A stretch of DNA of 61,550 bases from Deltaproteobacteria bacterium (lineage in GTDB: Bacteria > UBA10199 > SPLOWO2-01-44-7), in NCBI GenBank assembly GCA_023265595.1, contig JAHFSU010000008.1, forward strand, positions 1 to 61,550. The letters are read 5' to 3'. The notes under the pieces are model-generated. The model saw only the letters and a program-made list of their open reading frames with translations. It made no database searches and had not been told where the DNA came from. Made by a program: the position numbers and the translations under genes. Positions 9,016 to 19,554 of this stretch are shown piece by piece. Each line of letters opens with the position of its first letter. The first letter of the stretch is position 1.

Positions 9016-9819
9016 ATGAAGATTGAAAGTTTTGGCGTCACCGATGTCGGCTGCAAGCGGGAGAAAAACGAGGATTCGTTTTTGGTGAACGATGAGCTTC
9101 AGTTGTATGTCGTCGCGGATGGAATGGGGGGGCATGTCGGCGGCGAATGTGCGAGCCGACTTGCGGTTAAGACGGTCGAAGAGGTTATCGAAAAACTGAA
9201 CGCCGATCCCGATGCAACCCTTCAAGAGGGTTACGACATCAAGCCGGGCGATTATAAGGGCTGGCTTAATTATGCCTTTTCGATGGCCAGCAGCCGGATT
9301 TTTGATAAGGCCGCTGAAGACAATACCTTGCATGGCATGGGGACAACCACCGTCGCCCTGTTTTTCAGAAACAATCGTATTTTTGTCGCCAATGTCGGCG
9401 ATTCGCGCGCCTACCGAATTCGCACAAACAAAATCGAACAGCTAACCACCGATCATTCGTTAGTAGCCGAACAGATTCGGGCCGGTATCCTCAAACCGAA
9501 AGAGGCCAAAGAACACCGTTTCAAAAATATCATCACCCGTTCGGTCGGTTTTCAGGAGGGGGTGGAGGTGGATATCGAAGCGAGAGGTATTAAAGGGAAT
9601 GACGTTTATCTTTTATGCAGTGACGGTCTCTATAATTTGGTCTCGAATGAAGAGATGCTCGATCTGGTTAAAAATAATTCTTTGAAGGATTCTTGCAAAC
9701 ATCTGATCGATATCGCCAATGCGAGAGGGGGCGATGACAATATCAGCGTTATTTTGGTCCGAGTCGATTCGCTCGATGACAATTTGGAAGAAGACGAAGA
9801 ATCGACGATGCAGGCGTAA
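9016..9819 (+). CDS. PP2C-family Ser/Thr phosphatase (Stp1/PrpC-like)
   Basis: TDVGCKREKNED, VADGMGGH, GMGTT, NVGDSRAY, LLCSDGL, GGDDNIS. Confidence 0.93.
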   Translation: MKIESFGVTDVGCKREKNEDSFLVNDELQLYVVADGMGGHVGGECASRLAVKTVEEVIEKLNADPDATLQEGYDIKPGDYKGWLNYAFSMASSRIFDKAAEDNTLHGMGTTTVALFFRNNRIFVANVGDSRAYRIRTNKIEQLTTDHSLVAEQIRAGILKPKEAKEHRFKNIITRSVGFQEGVEVDIEARGIKGNDVYLLCSDGLYNLVSNEEMLDLVKNNSLKDSCKHLIDIANARGGDDNISVILVRVDSLDDNLEEDEESTMQA

Positions 9820-9862
9820 GGGTTGACGCATTGCATGGGGTGTGCTAGGAACTCGAGACTTT

Positions 9863-10810
9863 ATGAAAATTGCTGAAAGTTACAGCCTGATACTGATTCC
9901 TAAAGACCGGGCAAAGGTGCGCCGTTGGGTCATCTCCCGTCAACGCGTTTTGGGCATTTTTGGCCTTGTGGGTGCGGCTGTTTTGTTCACCATTTCCGTC
10001 AGTTTAGGACTGGTCCATTATCGTCAGGAATATCTTGCCACGGAAGATTTGCGCAACCGGGGCCGTCAATATGAAAAAGAGCGGGTTCGCGTTCTGGCCC
10101 GTTTGAGCGACCTCGAAGATATCGTCACACAAAATTCGACACTTGCCTCCAAACTCGAAAATATTGTCGGCATCAACACATCGCCGGGGATTCAAGTGGG
10201 GGTGGGCGGCATGGATCACAATCGCGAAGCCTCTCTGAAGATGGCCTCCGTCGATCCGGCCACCTTGCAAAACAAAGCCGATATTTTTGATGAGACATCC
10301 CTCAAGGCTTTTAATCTGAAAGCGATCGATTTATCCGAAGAGGCCAAATCGGTCGGTGAGCGTTTGAAAGAAGTTTACAAATTCAATCCCGATACCGCCT
10401 ATTTTTGGAGCGCCATTCCGACCATTGTACCGCTACGCGGCGGATGGGTCACATCCGATTTCGGCTGGCGCCGGTCGCCGATTTCAGGAGGACGCCAATT
10501 GCATGAGGGGGTCGATATCGCCTCTCCGTATGGAGCGCCCGTTATGGCTGCCGGCGACGGCATCGTTACTTTTGCCGGCCGTCATGGTGGTTTGGGAAAC
10601 AAAGTTATTGTCGATCACGGCTACGGTTTGATTACGGTTTATGGTCATAACTCCCAGATTTTGGTCAAAGAGGGAGAGCATATCAAACGGGGGATGATGA
10701 TCGCCCGTGTCGGTTCCACCGGCCGCTCTACCGGGCCGCATCTTCATTATGAAGTTTTGGTCAACGGAGTCCCCGTCGATCCGCTTCATTATATTCTCGA
10801 ACAGCTCTAA
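9863..10810 (+). CDS. M23-family metallo-endopeptidase with N-terminal TM segment and coiled coil
   Basis: HEGVDIA, YGHNS, GSTGRSTGPHLHYEV. Confidence 0.92.
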   Translation: MKIAESYSLILIPKDRAKVRRWVISRQRVLGIFGLVGAAVLFTISVSLGLVHYRQEYLATEDLRNRGRQYEKERVRVLARLSDLEDIVTQNSTLASKLENIVGINTSPGIQVGVGGMDHNREASLKMASVDPATLQNKADIFDETSLKAFNLKAIDLSEEAKSVGERLKEVYKFNPDTAYFWSAIPTIVPLRGGWVTSDFGWRRSPISGGRQLHEGVDIASPYGAPVMAAGDGIVTFAGRHGGLGNKVIVDHGYGLITVYGHNSQILVKEGEHIKRGMMIARVGSTGRSTGPHLHYEVLVNGVPVDPLHYILEQL

Positions 10811-10848
10811 AATTTTTACGATTCGTTTCAAATCAGCATTTTATATTT

Positions 10849-10877
10849 TGTCATTGCGAGCGAAAGCGAAGCAATCT
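10849..10877. repeat. Short REP-like palindrome
   Basis: tgtcattgcgagcgaaagcgaagcaatct, intergenic before secA. Confidence 0.5.
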
Positions 10878-10889
10878 AAATGATAGTCC

Positions 10890-13559
10890 ATGCTTGGATT
10901 TTTGCTCAAAAAAATCATCGGGACCAAAAACGATCGGGAGATTAAAAAGCTTCTTCCGCTGGTGGCTCAAATTAATGCGTTAGAGCCAAAGTTTCAGCCT
11001 CTATCCAACGATCAGTTAAAAGCACAAACGGGAGAATTTAAACAACGCATTGCCAATGGGGCCCTTCTCGACTCCCTTCTGCCCGAAGCCTTTGCCACGG
11101 TTCGAGAAGCGGCCAAAAGAACTTTGGGCCAACGTCATTACGATGTCCAACTGATCGGCGGCATCGTTTTACACTCCGGCAAAATTTCGGAGATGAAGAC
11201 CGGTGAGGGAAAAACGCTCGTCGCCACACTCTCCGTTTATCTGAATTCGCTCGAGGGAAAAGGGGTGCATGTGGTCACCGTGAATGATTACTTAGCCCGC
11301 CGTGATGCCGAATGGATGGGGCAAATCTACAAATTTTTGGGGCTTTCGGTCGGTGTCATCGTTCACGGCTTGACCGATACCGAGCGCCAATGGGCCTATC
11401 GCGCCGATGTGACCTACGGCACCAACAACGAATTCGGTTTCGATTATCTTCGCGACAACATGAAATACGATTTGGCCGATTATGTTCAGCGTCCGTTACA
11501 CTATGCCATCGTCGATGAAGTCGACTCTATTTTGATTGATGAAGCGAGAACGCCGCTCATTATTTCCGGTCCGGCCGAAGAATCGACTGATCTTTATTAT
11601 CGCATCGATCAAGTGATTCCTTATTTAAATAAAGAGGCCCACTATACAATCGATGAAAAAGCGCGCAGTGTGATGCTGACAGAGGCCGGTGTCGCCGAAG
11701 TGGAAAAACGCCTTCATGTGCAAAATTTGTACGAGCCGCAAAATATCACCTTATTGCATCATGTGAATCAAGGTTTGCGGGCCCACACGTTATATAAAAA
11801 TGATGTCGATTATGTGGTAAAAGAAGGAAAGGTACTTATCGTTGATGAATTCACCGGTCGTTTGATGCCCGGCCGCAGATGGAGCGACGGCTTGCATCAG
11901 GCGGTGGAGGCCAAAGAGAAAGTCCAAATTGAAAATGAAAATCAGACCTTGGCCACGGTCACGTTCCAGAATTATTTTCGGATGTATTCCAAACTGGCCG
12001 GCATGACCGGCACGGCCGAAACCGAGGCGCCGGAATTCGCCAAAATTTATAATCTCGATGTGATGATGATTCCGACACACCGCCCGATGGTTCGACAAGA
12101 CAATTCCGACATCGTTTACAAAACCGAGACCGAAAAATTTCGGGCCGTCGTCAAAGAGATTGAAGAGTGTCATACCAAACACCAACCGGTTTTGGTCGGG
12201 ACGATCTCGATTGAAAAATCGGAAGCGATTGCGGAAATGCTCAAACGCCGCGGCATCAAACATCATGTCTTGAATGCCAAACAGCATGAGAAGGAGGCGG
12301 AGATTGTGGCGCAGGCCGGCCGCAAAGGGGCGGTCACGATCTCCACCAACATGGCCGGCCGCGGAACCGACATCATGCTCGGCGGCAATCCGGAATTCAT
12401 GGCCCGCGCACAGGTGGGGCGGGAGGCGCCGGAGGAAGATTTTAAAAAATCTTTGGATGTGTTTAAGTCACAGTGCGACGCCGAGAAAAAAGAGGTGACG
12501 GCGGCGGGGGGGTTGCATATTTTGGGAACCGAGCGCCATGAGAGCCGCCGCATCGACAATCAGCTCCGCGGGCGTTCGGGCCGTCAGGGGGATCCGGGCA
12601 GTTCCCGTTTTTATCTCTCGCTACAGGATGATCTTTTAAGAATTTTCGGCGGTGAGCGGATCGGTAAAATCATGGACCGGTTTGGGCTGGAGGAAGACGA
12701 ACCGATCGAACACCCGTGGCTGTCGCGCGCGATCGAAAATGCGCAGAAAAAAGTCGAGGCCCATAATTTTTCAATCCGTAAAAATCTTTTGGAATATGAC
12801 GATGTAATGAACCAACAACGGCATACCGTTTATGGCCGCCGCCGCGAAATTTTGGGGGCTGAGGATTCAAAAGAATTTACTTTGGACATGATCGATGAAA
12901 AAGTAACGGCGATCGTCGATACAACTATTCCGGCCAAAGCCTCACCGGAAGATAGGGATGTCAAAGAGTTTGAAGAAAAAGTTCGGGAGGTTTTCGATTT
13001 TGAATTCAAGCTTCATACGTTGCACAAAAATGACTGGAACCCTGAGGCGATCGGCAAAAAATTCTACGAAAAAGCGGTGCAGGTTTACGATGCCAAAAAT
13101 GAGGAATATGGCCGCGAGATTTTTGCGCGCATTGAAAAATTTCTTCTTTTGTCGACCATCGACACCTTGTGGAAAGATCATCTCTTGCAGATGGATCATC
13201 TGCGCGAGGGGATTGGGTTGAGAGGCTATGGACAAAAAAATCCGCTGTTAGAATATAAGCGCGAAGGCTACGGCCTTTTCAGAATAATGATGGAAGAGTT
13301 TACAACCGATGTGTTGCAAAAACTTTATCGGGTGCGCATTCAAGAGGAACGAAGGCAAGAGGCGCCGGCACAGGTAGCCAACTTGCCGTTTCAGCGGCAG
13401 TCGATGCGGATGGAGCATCAATCGCCGTTCGAGGCCGGACGAGCCGGGGCTCCCCCCGCCAATTCTGTCCAACCAGCGCAACCGGCCCACAAAGCCGGCC
13501 GCAACGACCCTTGCCCCTGCGGCAGCGGTAAAAAATATAAAAAGTGCCACGGATTATAG
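10890..13559 (+). CDS. secA: Preprotein translocase ATPase SecA
   Basis: [40 protein letters not shown]-terminal SEC-C motif [17 protein letters not shown]. Confidence 0.98.
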   Translation: MLGFLLKKIIGTKNDREIKKLLPLVAQINALEPKFQPLSNDQLKAQTGEFKQRIANGALLDSLLPEAFATVREAAKRTLGQRHYDVQLIGGIVLHSGKISEMKTGEGKTLVATLSVYLNSLEGKGVHVVTVNDYLARRDAEWMGQIYKFLGLSVGVIVHGLTDTERQWAYRADVTYGTNNEFGFDYLRDNMKYDLADYVQRPLHYAIVDEVDSILIDEARTPLIISGPAEESTDLYYRIDQVIPYLNKEAHYTIDEKARSVMLTEAGVAEVEKRLHVQNLYEPQNITLLHHVNQGLRAHTLYKNDVDYVVKEGKVLIVDEFTGRLMPGRRWSDGLHQAVEAKEKVQIENENQTLATVTFQNYFRMYSKLAGMTGTAETEAPEFAKIYNLDVMMIPTHRPMVRQDNSDIVYKTETEKFRAVVKEIEECHTKHQPVLVGTISIEKSEAIAEMLKRRGIKHHVLNAKQHEKEAEIVAQAGRKGAVTISTNMAGRGTDIMLGGNPEFMARAQVGREAPEEDFKKSLDVFKSQCDAEKKEVTAAGGLHILGTERHESRRIDNQLRGRSGRQGDPGSSRFYLSLQDDLLRIFGGERIGKIMDRFGLEEDEPIEHPWLSRAIENAQKKVEAHNFSIRKNLLEYDDVMNQQRHTVYGRRREILGAEDSKEFTLDMIDEKVTAIVDTTIPAKASPEDRDVKEFEEKVREVFDFEFKLHTLHKNDWNPEAIGKKFYEKAVQVYDAKNEEYGREIFARIEKFLLLSTIDTLWKDHLLQMDHLREGIGLRGYGQKNPLLEYKREGYGLFRIMMEEFTTDVLQKLYRVRIQEERRQEAPAQVANLPFQRQSMRMEHQSPFEAGRAGAPPANSVQPAQPAHKAGRNDPCPCGSGKKYKKCHGL

Positions 13560-13618
13560 GGGGTTGCCTGCCCGCCGGTTGTGTGTGTGGTAAGGGCAAA
13601 AAAAAGTGAAAAAAGTAA

Positions 13619-13646
13619 GCAACTTATTTTGAGGGGGAGACGATAA
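13619..13646 (+). promoter_or_regulatory. Sigma28-like promoter motif GCAACTT-N15-CGATAA
   Basis: GCAACTT 13619-13625, CGATAA 13641-13646; AAGGAG ribosome-binding site before ATG 13684. Confidence 0.55.
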
Positions 13647-13683
13647 AAGCTATGAAGTTAACAAAGACTCAAAGGAGAAATTT

Positions 13684-14223
13684 ATGACACCAGCAGTGGC
13701 AAGTATTGCAGGCATCAACGAAGCCAACATCACTTTGGCGCAGGCCCTTTTCACGAATCAGGCGGCATTGAGTGCGGCCGCTCCGGGTGTGTTTGGTCCG
13801 GGTGTGTTTGGTCCGGCCGGCGCAACAGACAGTACTGTAGTCAAAGACGAAATAGCAAATTTAGCGATAGCGGCGTCCCATTTTGCCGTGTGCTATCCCG
13901 GACGCCGTGACTGGTACCATGCTGATGAAGCAGGTTCCCAAAGAATGGCTCTGAAAATTTTCGACTCCATTTCCAAGTTGAAAAAGTCTATTTTAAGAGA
14001 CACTCCGGAACAAGATGGAACTGGATTTTTTACTGCTCAAAACTTGATTGATATGCTCGTAAAAGAAGTACCTCAAGACAGATATGATGCAACAGTTCTA
14101 GTGGCCATTCGCTCTGCAGCGATTTTTGGCCAATTGGCCGCCGCTCGCCCTTCAAGTTCCGTTGCGGTTGCTGATAGTGGCCCTGTTTCTGGAGATGAAG
14201 ATGCCATTCTTAAGAGGGGTTAA
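13684..14223 (+). CDS. Hypothetical protein; candidate T3SS substrate
   Basis: Strong RBS, Ala-rich N-terminus, exact 15-bp tandem repeat (PGVFG twice, 13782-13811). Confidence 0.65.
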   Translation: MTPAVASIAGINEANITLAQALFTNQAALSAAAPGVFGPGVFGPAGATDSTVVKDEIANLAIAASHFAVCYPGRRDWYHADEAGSQRMALKIFDSISKLKKSILRDTPEQDGTGFFTAQNLIDMLVKEVPQDRYDATVLVAIRSAAIFGQLAAARPSSSVAVADSGPVSGDEDAILKRG

Positions 14224-14314
14224 TCTTGGCCACACCGACATGTAAGTTGCATAAGTACCACACGGTACCTCATGGTCATTTTGCAATTCGTCTCCTACTT
14301 CACTTGTGCTAAAA

Positions 14315-14330
14315 TGGCATAAAAGTTGCA
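14315..14330 (+). promoter_or_regulatory. Sigma54 -24/-12 promoter of sctV
   Basis: TGGCATAAAAGTTGCA (GG-N10-GC). Confidence 0.75.
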
Positions 14331-14356
14331 CAAGTATCGATATTTAGAGGAGATTT

Positions 14357-16519
14357 ATGCCGCCACCGGGATCACAGGGCGGGGGAGAACCCCTGCCATT
14401 TTCAGGACTTAACACGATTATCGCCAAATATTCCGACCTGATGCTGGCGGGTTTAGTCATCACCGTCATGGGGATGATTGTCATCCCTCTCCCCAAACAG
14501 CTCCTCGACATTTTGCTCACGATCAACCTCACCATGGGGATCGTGATTTTGCTCGTTTCTCTCTACATTAGTGAGGCGCTTCGCATCGCCTCTTTCCCCA
14601 CTATTTTACTTATAGCAACACTTTACCGTTTGGCATTGAACATATCGACGACCCGTCTCATTTTGTCGCAAGCGGATGCGGGCAAGGTGATCGAAGCCTT
14701 CGGTCACTTTGTGGTGCGGGGCGATCCGATCGTCGGCGGCATTATTTTCATCATTTTGACATTGATCAATTTCATCGTGATCACCAAAGGTGCGGAGCGC
14801 GTTTCGGAAGTTGCCGCCCGTTTCACCTTGGATGCGATGCCCGGAAAACAGATGTCGATCGATGCCGATCTGCGCGCCGGCATCATCAATATCGAACAGG
14901 CTTTAGAACGCCGCTCGCAATTACAGCGCGAATCGCAACTTTATGGAGCGATGGACGGCGCCATGAAATTCGTGAAGGGAGATGCGATCGCCGGCATTAT
15001 CATTATCATCATCAATATTGTCGCCGGCCTCATCATCGGTGTCACACGCCGCGGGATGGATCTCCCCGATGCCGCCAATCTTTACACGTTGCTGACGATC
15101 GGCGACGGTTTGGTGCAGCAGATTCCGGCCCTCATTATCTCTGTTTCTGCCGGTGTGGTGGTTACCCGTGTGACTTCAGAAATTGAGGGTTCCAACCTCG
15201 GCCGTGAAATCATCACACAGATTACCGCCTATCCGAAGGCGATCATCATTGCCGCTTCTATTTTGCTTTCACTGGCGCTGGTTCCGGCCCTCCCCAAAAT
15301 TCCGTTTATTGTCGTGGCGGCTATTCTGGGTACGGTCGCCTTTTTTCTCGTTCGTTCCAAACAGAAAGTGGTGAAAGAGGTGATGGAGACGCCGAAGGAA
15401 GAGGTGGTCAAAAAGGCGGTCAAAAAACATGGCGATGTGTTGCCCTTTATCATGCCGTCACCGATTTCTCTCGAAGTCGGCTCCGGCATCATTCCGTTTG
15501 TCGATGACAAACAAGATGGAGGCCGCTTCATCAACGAATTGATTCCGCTCTTGCGCCATGGTCTCTACTACGAACTCGGTGTCAATTTTCCGGGAATTCA
15601 AGTTCGCGGGCAAACGGTCGACATGGAACCGGAAGGTTATGTGATCAACATTAATGAAGTTCCGGTGGCGCAGGGGAAAATCATGCAGGGGTGCATTTTG
15701 GTGGGAGAGCCGCTCGAACAACTTTCACTTTTTAATATTACGGGAACGGAGACGATTCATCCGATCGATGGCTCGGTCGTCACTTGGATTGCGCAACAGC
15801 ATAAAGATGTGGCGGTGCAGGCCGGTTTCAGAATGTGGGATATTGCGGAATATCTGATTTTGCATCTCTCCCATGCGCTGCGCAAACATGCCCATGAATT
15901 TTTGGGGGTGCAAGAGGTGCAGACGATGCTGACCGAATTGGAAAAAACACATCCGGCTTTGGTGAAAGAGCTGGTGCCGAAGGTGATTACCCTTTTGCAA
16001 CTGACCGAAATTTTTCAACGATTGGTGCAGGAAGATGTGGCGATCCGCGATCTCAAAACAATTTTTTCAACCTTGGCGCAATGGGGCGAAATTGAGCGCG
16101 ATCCGTTGATGCTGACTGAGCATGTGCGTGCGGGCTTGAAGCGCTATGTGACCCACAAATATGCCGGCCCTTCCAATACGCTGGCGGTCTATCTTTTGGA
16201 TCCGGAATTGGAAGATATGGTGAAAAATTCGATTCGTCGAACCGAAAAGGGAAATTATTTGGCGCTCGATCCCGAAATTACGCAGGAGCTGATTGAAGCG
16301 GTCGGAAAAGAAATCGCCTCGCATCCATTCCCTCCGGGGGCGAGACCACCGGTGATTTTGACTATCGCCGAAATCCGCCGTTATTTTCGCAAAATTATCG
16401 AACTCGAATTTCCCCAGCTCTCCGTCTTGTCCTACCAAGAGCTGGCCGAAAACCTCCGTATCCAGCCAATCGCCCGCGTCTCCCTCCCTCAAGAAATCCT
16501 CCAAAAAGCGGTTGCGTAA
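14357..16519 (+). CDS. sctV: T3SS export gate protein SctV (LcrD/FlhA family)
   Basis: RVSEVAARFTLDAMPGKQMSIDADL, GAMDGAMKFVKGDAIAG, LTIGDGLV, VLSYQEL. Confidence 0.93.
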   Translation: MPPPGSQGGGEPLPFSGLNTIIAKYSDLMLAGLVITVMGMIVIPLPKQLLDILLTINLTMGIVILLVSLYISEALRIASFPTILLIATLYRLALNISTTRLILSQADAGKVIEAFGHFVVRGDPIVGGIIFIILTLINFIVITKGAERVSEVAARFTLDAMPGKQMSIDADLRAGIINIEQALERRSQLQRESQLYGAMDGAMKFVKGDAIAGIIIIIINIVAGLIIGVTRRGMDLPDAANLYTLLTIGDGLVQQIPALIISVSAGVVVTRVTSEIEGSNLGREIITQITAYPKAIIIAASILLSLALVPALPKIPFIVVAAILGTVAFFLVRSKQKVVKEVMETPKEEVVKKAVKKHGDVLPFIMPSPISLEVGSGIIPFVDDKQDGGRFINELIPLLRHGLYYELGVNFPGIQVRGQTVDMEPEGYVININEVPVAQGKIMQGCILVGEPLEQLSLFNITGTETIHPIDGSVVTWIAQQHKDVAVQAGFRMWDIAEYLILHLSHALRKHAHEFLGVQEVQTMLTELEKTHPALVKELVPKVITLLQLTEIFQRLVQEDVAIRDLKTIFSTLAQWGEIERDPLMLTEHVRAGLKRYVTHKYAGPSNTLAVYLLDPELEDMVKNSIRRTEKGNYLALDPEITQELIEAVGKEIASHPFPPGARPPVILTIAEIRRYFRKIIELEFPQLSVLSYQELAENLRIQPIARVSLPQEILQKAVA

Positions 16520-16569
16520 GGATTGGCGGGGTGATAGGGGTTCCTCCGCTCAATCTCAAGGAGGTATTT

Positions 16570-17415
16570 ATGCCAGTCGTCAATACTATTTTAGCAACCA
16601 CACTGTTTCAGTCACAGGCGGCATTTGACGCCTTGTTGCACACAGGCCAAGCGGACATTCTGGCCGCAAATGCAGAGGAAATTGATAATTTTCATACAGC
16701 GCTGGGGGGATTGGCTTTCAATTTGCCGGGACCTGCACAAGAAGGCGCAGAAGATATTGGGGCAAAGTTGCTGGATGCGGCACGGACCTTAAATGAGATG
16801 ATAAAATTAGACCGCGGTTGTTATGGAGGGGCTGCCCGTGTGGTACAGTTGAAATATATTGCCGATGATTTGCGACTCATTCCTGCTGGGCATTTTGAAG
16901 AAGCGGTAAAAAAAGTTTTGGCCAGTGGCCACGCCGTGTTTGCCGATCTAACTGATGAAATGACATACATGGAGAATATGGCCATTGATTCCTATGCACC
17001 CTACGCAAAAGCCGCTTGTTTGAAATTAATTGACAAAATTGCTGAAGACCCAACAAATTTGGCTTTCATCGAAGAAGTCAAAGAAATTGTACGGAGAGTC
17101 ATGCGTAGGAGCTATTCATCGCCATACGATCTTGTAGACTTTCCCCATGATGATCATCCGATGTTTAATTTAGATTGTTTAGGAAGGGTTTTAGAAATTT
17201 ATGAGAAATTGGCGGCTTCAGCGGAAGCGGACCATTACAAAGAAGCCCTCAATTATTTGCAGTTTCTGTGCGCCATTTTTATAACAAATCATGGGAATGC
17301 CAAAGATTTGCCTGAAGCATGGATAAAAAAACTTGGAGAAATTTGTCCGGTGGACGATTTTCCAAGTGTTGGGTTGGCAGAACCTCCTACTCCAGCAGCA
17401 GGTTCACCAGCGTAA
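16570..17415 (+). CDS. Hypothetical helical protein downstream of sctV; candidate T3SS substrate
   Basis: AAGGAGG RBS before ATG 16570. N-terminal LATTLFQSQAAF resembles the N-terminus of 13684-14223. Confidence 0.65.
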   Translation: MPVVNTILATTLFQSQAAFDALLHTGQADILAANAEEIDNFHTALGGLAFNLPGPAQEGAEDIGAKLLDAARTLNEMIKLDRGCYGGAARVVQLKYIADDLRLIPAGHFEEAVKKVLASGHAVFADLTDEMTYMENMAIDSYAPYAKAACLKLIDKIAEDPTNLAFIEEVKEIVRRVMRRSYSSPYDLVDFPHDDHPMFNLDCLGRVLEIYEKLAASAEADHYKEALNYLQFLCAIFITNHGNAKDLPEAWIKKLGEICPVDDFPSVGLAEPPTPAAGSPA

Positions 17416-18391
17416 TCAAAGCAAACGCAAACACCGCAATTCCTAGACCGATCATGCCGATCTCCAAAGAGGTCATCCGTTTGGCATACAAAACCGGAGC
17501 CGGATAGACATTCGCCGCCGCCGGTTGCAAAGAGGGGAGACCCTTTAAAATTTCTTCGGCCTCTTCTTTTTCTTCCTGTTCCCCCTCTTCTTTTATTGCC
17601 TCTTCGACCGCCGGTTTCGGTTTGGGATGGGTCTTGCGTGTGATCAACGGTCTTTTTTTGATCAATTCTTCGCTCAACTCCTTTAAGTTGACCTCCTGCG
17701 GATTTCTGAAAAGCAAAACGATTGTTCCCAAAGCGATCCGGTCGCCATCGTGCAAAAATTCTTCAACCACCCTTTTGTTATTTACAAAACAGCCGTTTTT
17801 ACTCTCCATATCGATCAACGCAATCCCTCCCCATTTTTTTATAATTTTGGCATGTTGGCGGGAGATCACATATTCGTTGATCGGAAAATCACAAGAGGGG
17901 TCGCGCCCGAGGATCATCTCGGGCGCGTCGTCGGTCAAAAAAATTCTTTTCCCCTCCGCCGAACCGTTCAAAATTTCGAGAGAGGGGACCGTCTCCTGAT
18001 CGACTGCATCCAAAACTTTTTTTAAAAGTTTCACTTCTAAAATATCGGCGTCGGTCACCTCTTCCTCTTTTTTAAAACTCTCTTCAAATAATGCATCGGT
18101 CAGCCAGAATTTGAGATGGTATTTGTCGATCGTGATCCGATCATTGTTTTTGAGAATATTTTTTTCGTGCGGCTTTAAGATCATTCCGTTTAACAACGTC
18201 CCGTTGCTGCTCCCCAAATCGATCAGATAATATTGTCCCTCTTCTTCGATGATTTTGGCATGCTCCCTCGAGACGGCGTTCCCCGCCAGAAAGACATCAG
18301 TCTGTTCTATCCTGCCGATGAGCGTCTGGACACTTAATTGAAACGCCTTTTCCTCTTTGTGACCGGCTTCCGTCAAAATCAGTTTCGGCAT
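17387..18391 (-). CDS. Tandem FHA-domain protein with a C-terminal membrane anchor
   Basis: Two FHA signatures (IGR..VSREHA..DLGSSNGT and LGR..ISRQHA..DMESKNG) and a terminal TM helix. Confidence 0.85.
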   Translation of the reverse strand: MPKLILTEAGHKEEKAFQLSVQTLIGRIEQTDVFLAGNAVSREHAKIIEEEGQYYLIDLGSSNGTLLNGMILKPHEKNILKNNDRITIDKYHLKFWLTDALFEESFKKEEEVTDADILEVKLLKKVLDAVDQETVPSLEILNGSAEGKRIFLTDDAPEMILGRDPSCDFPINEYVISRQHAKIIKKWGGIALIDMESKNGCFVNNKRVVEEFLHDGDRIALGTIVLLFRNPQEVNLKELSEELIKKRPLITRKTHPKPKPAVEEAIKEEGEQEEKEEAEEILKGLPSLQPAAANVYPAPVLYAKRMTSLEIGMIGLGIAVFAFALITLVNLLLE

Positions 18392-19554
18392 GAAATGTTT
18401 TTTTCCTCGATGAATTTCTTGCTGAGCGCCTCTTCGGCCGGATAGTTTCCGGCCGCTACGCTCGAAAACCGACAATAATAGCCGCCGGCCTCTTTGAATT
18501 TTCCGAGTTTGGCTTCCACTAAGGCCAGATTATACAAAGCCTGTGGGTGTTTGGGGGCGATCGTGACGACATATTCCCATTCTTCTTTGGCCTGATCGGT
18601 TTTGCCCAGCTTATAATAGACGACACCTAAATTATAAATCGCATCGGCATCATTGGGATTGATCGCCTTCGCCTGTTTTAAATAATCGATCGCTTTCGGG
18701 AAATCTCCCTGCTCCATTTTAAGAGTCCCCAATTTGAAAAAGGCGAATTCATTTTTTGAATTGAGTTGCACGACCTGTTCAAACTCCGCCATCGCCTCAT
18801 CGAAACGTTTTTGGTTGAGATAAAATGTGCCGAGTTGCAGATGGGCCTCTTCGGCATTCGGGTTCAGTTCGATCGCCTTTTGAAAACAATTTTGGGCTTT
18901 GAACAGGTCTCCCATTTCGAGATAGAGTTTTCCGAGCGTCTCCCAGACTTGTGGATTGTTGGAGACGTTGAGCGCCAGCCGGTAGCGGACTACGGCGAGA
19001 TCGTATTTCCCCTCTTCGCGATACATCTCGGCAAGTCTCAAATGAACCGGTTCGAGATTCGGGTTTAAAACGGTGGCCCGTTTGAATTCTTTTTCGGCAT
19101 CGGTTTTCTTTTTTAAATCCCAATAGACAAGACCCAAATTGTAGTGGGCATCGGCCAGGAGGGGATCGATCTTAACCGCCTTTTTTCCGGCCTTCAATGC
19201 CTCTTCCGATTTTCCTATCGCCAGATAAACCGCGGCCATGTGGCTCCAGGGGGCCGCATATTTTTTGTCAATTTCAGAGGCCTGATTGAAAAAGGAGAGG
19301 GCCTTTTCATATTCCCCTTTGATTTTGTAGATAACACCTAAGTTACTGACCGGCTCGGCATATTGCGGCGCCAATTCGGTTGCGGTCTGAAATTCAAAAA
19401 TAGCCCTTTCCAAATCGCCGCGGTTCAATGCCGAAATCCCCTGATTGTTGTGAAAAACGGCCTGTTCGGAAGGAAGGGTCTTTTTCTTTTTCGCCAAAAC
19501 GGGGGAACAGATTAGACAAACTGCCAGTAAAAGTATTAATTTCCTTTTAAACAT
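18379..19554 (-). CDS. Exported multi-TPR protein
   Basis: Signal peptide followed by many TPR repeats (e.g. AHYNLGLVY, AIYNLGVVY). Confidence 0.85.
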   Translation of the reverse strand: MFKRKLILLLAVCLICSPVLAKKKKTLPSEQAVFHNNQGISALNRGDLERAIFEFQTATELAPQYAEPVSNLGVIYKIKGEYEKALSFFNQASEIDKKYAAPWSHMAAVYLAIGKSEEALKAGKKAVKIDPLLADAHYNLGLVYWDLKKKTDAEKEFKRATVLNPNLEPVHLRLAEMYREEGKYDLAVVRYRLALNVSNNPQVWETLGKLYLEMGDLFKAQNCFQKAIELNPNAEEAHLQLGTFYLNQKRFDEAMAEFEQVVQLNSKNEFAFFKLGTLKMEQGDFPKAIDYLKQAKAINPNDADAIYNLGVVYYKLGKTDQAKEEWEYVVTIAPKHPQALYNLALVEAKLGKFKEAGGYYCRFSSVAAGNYPAEEALSKKFIEEKNISCRN

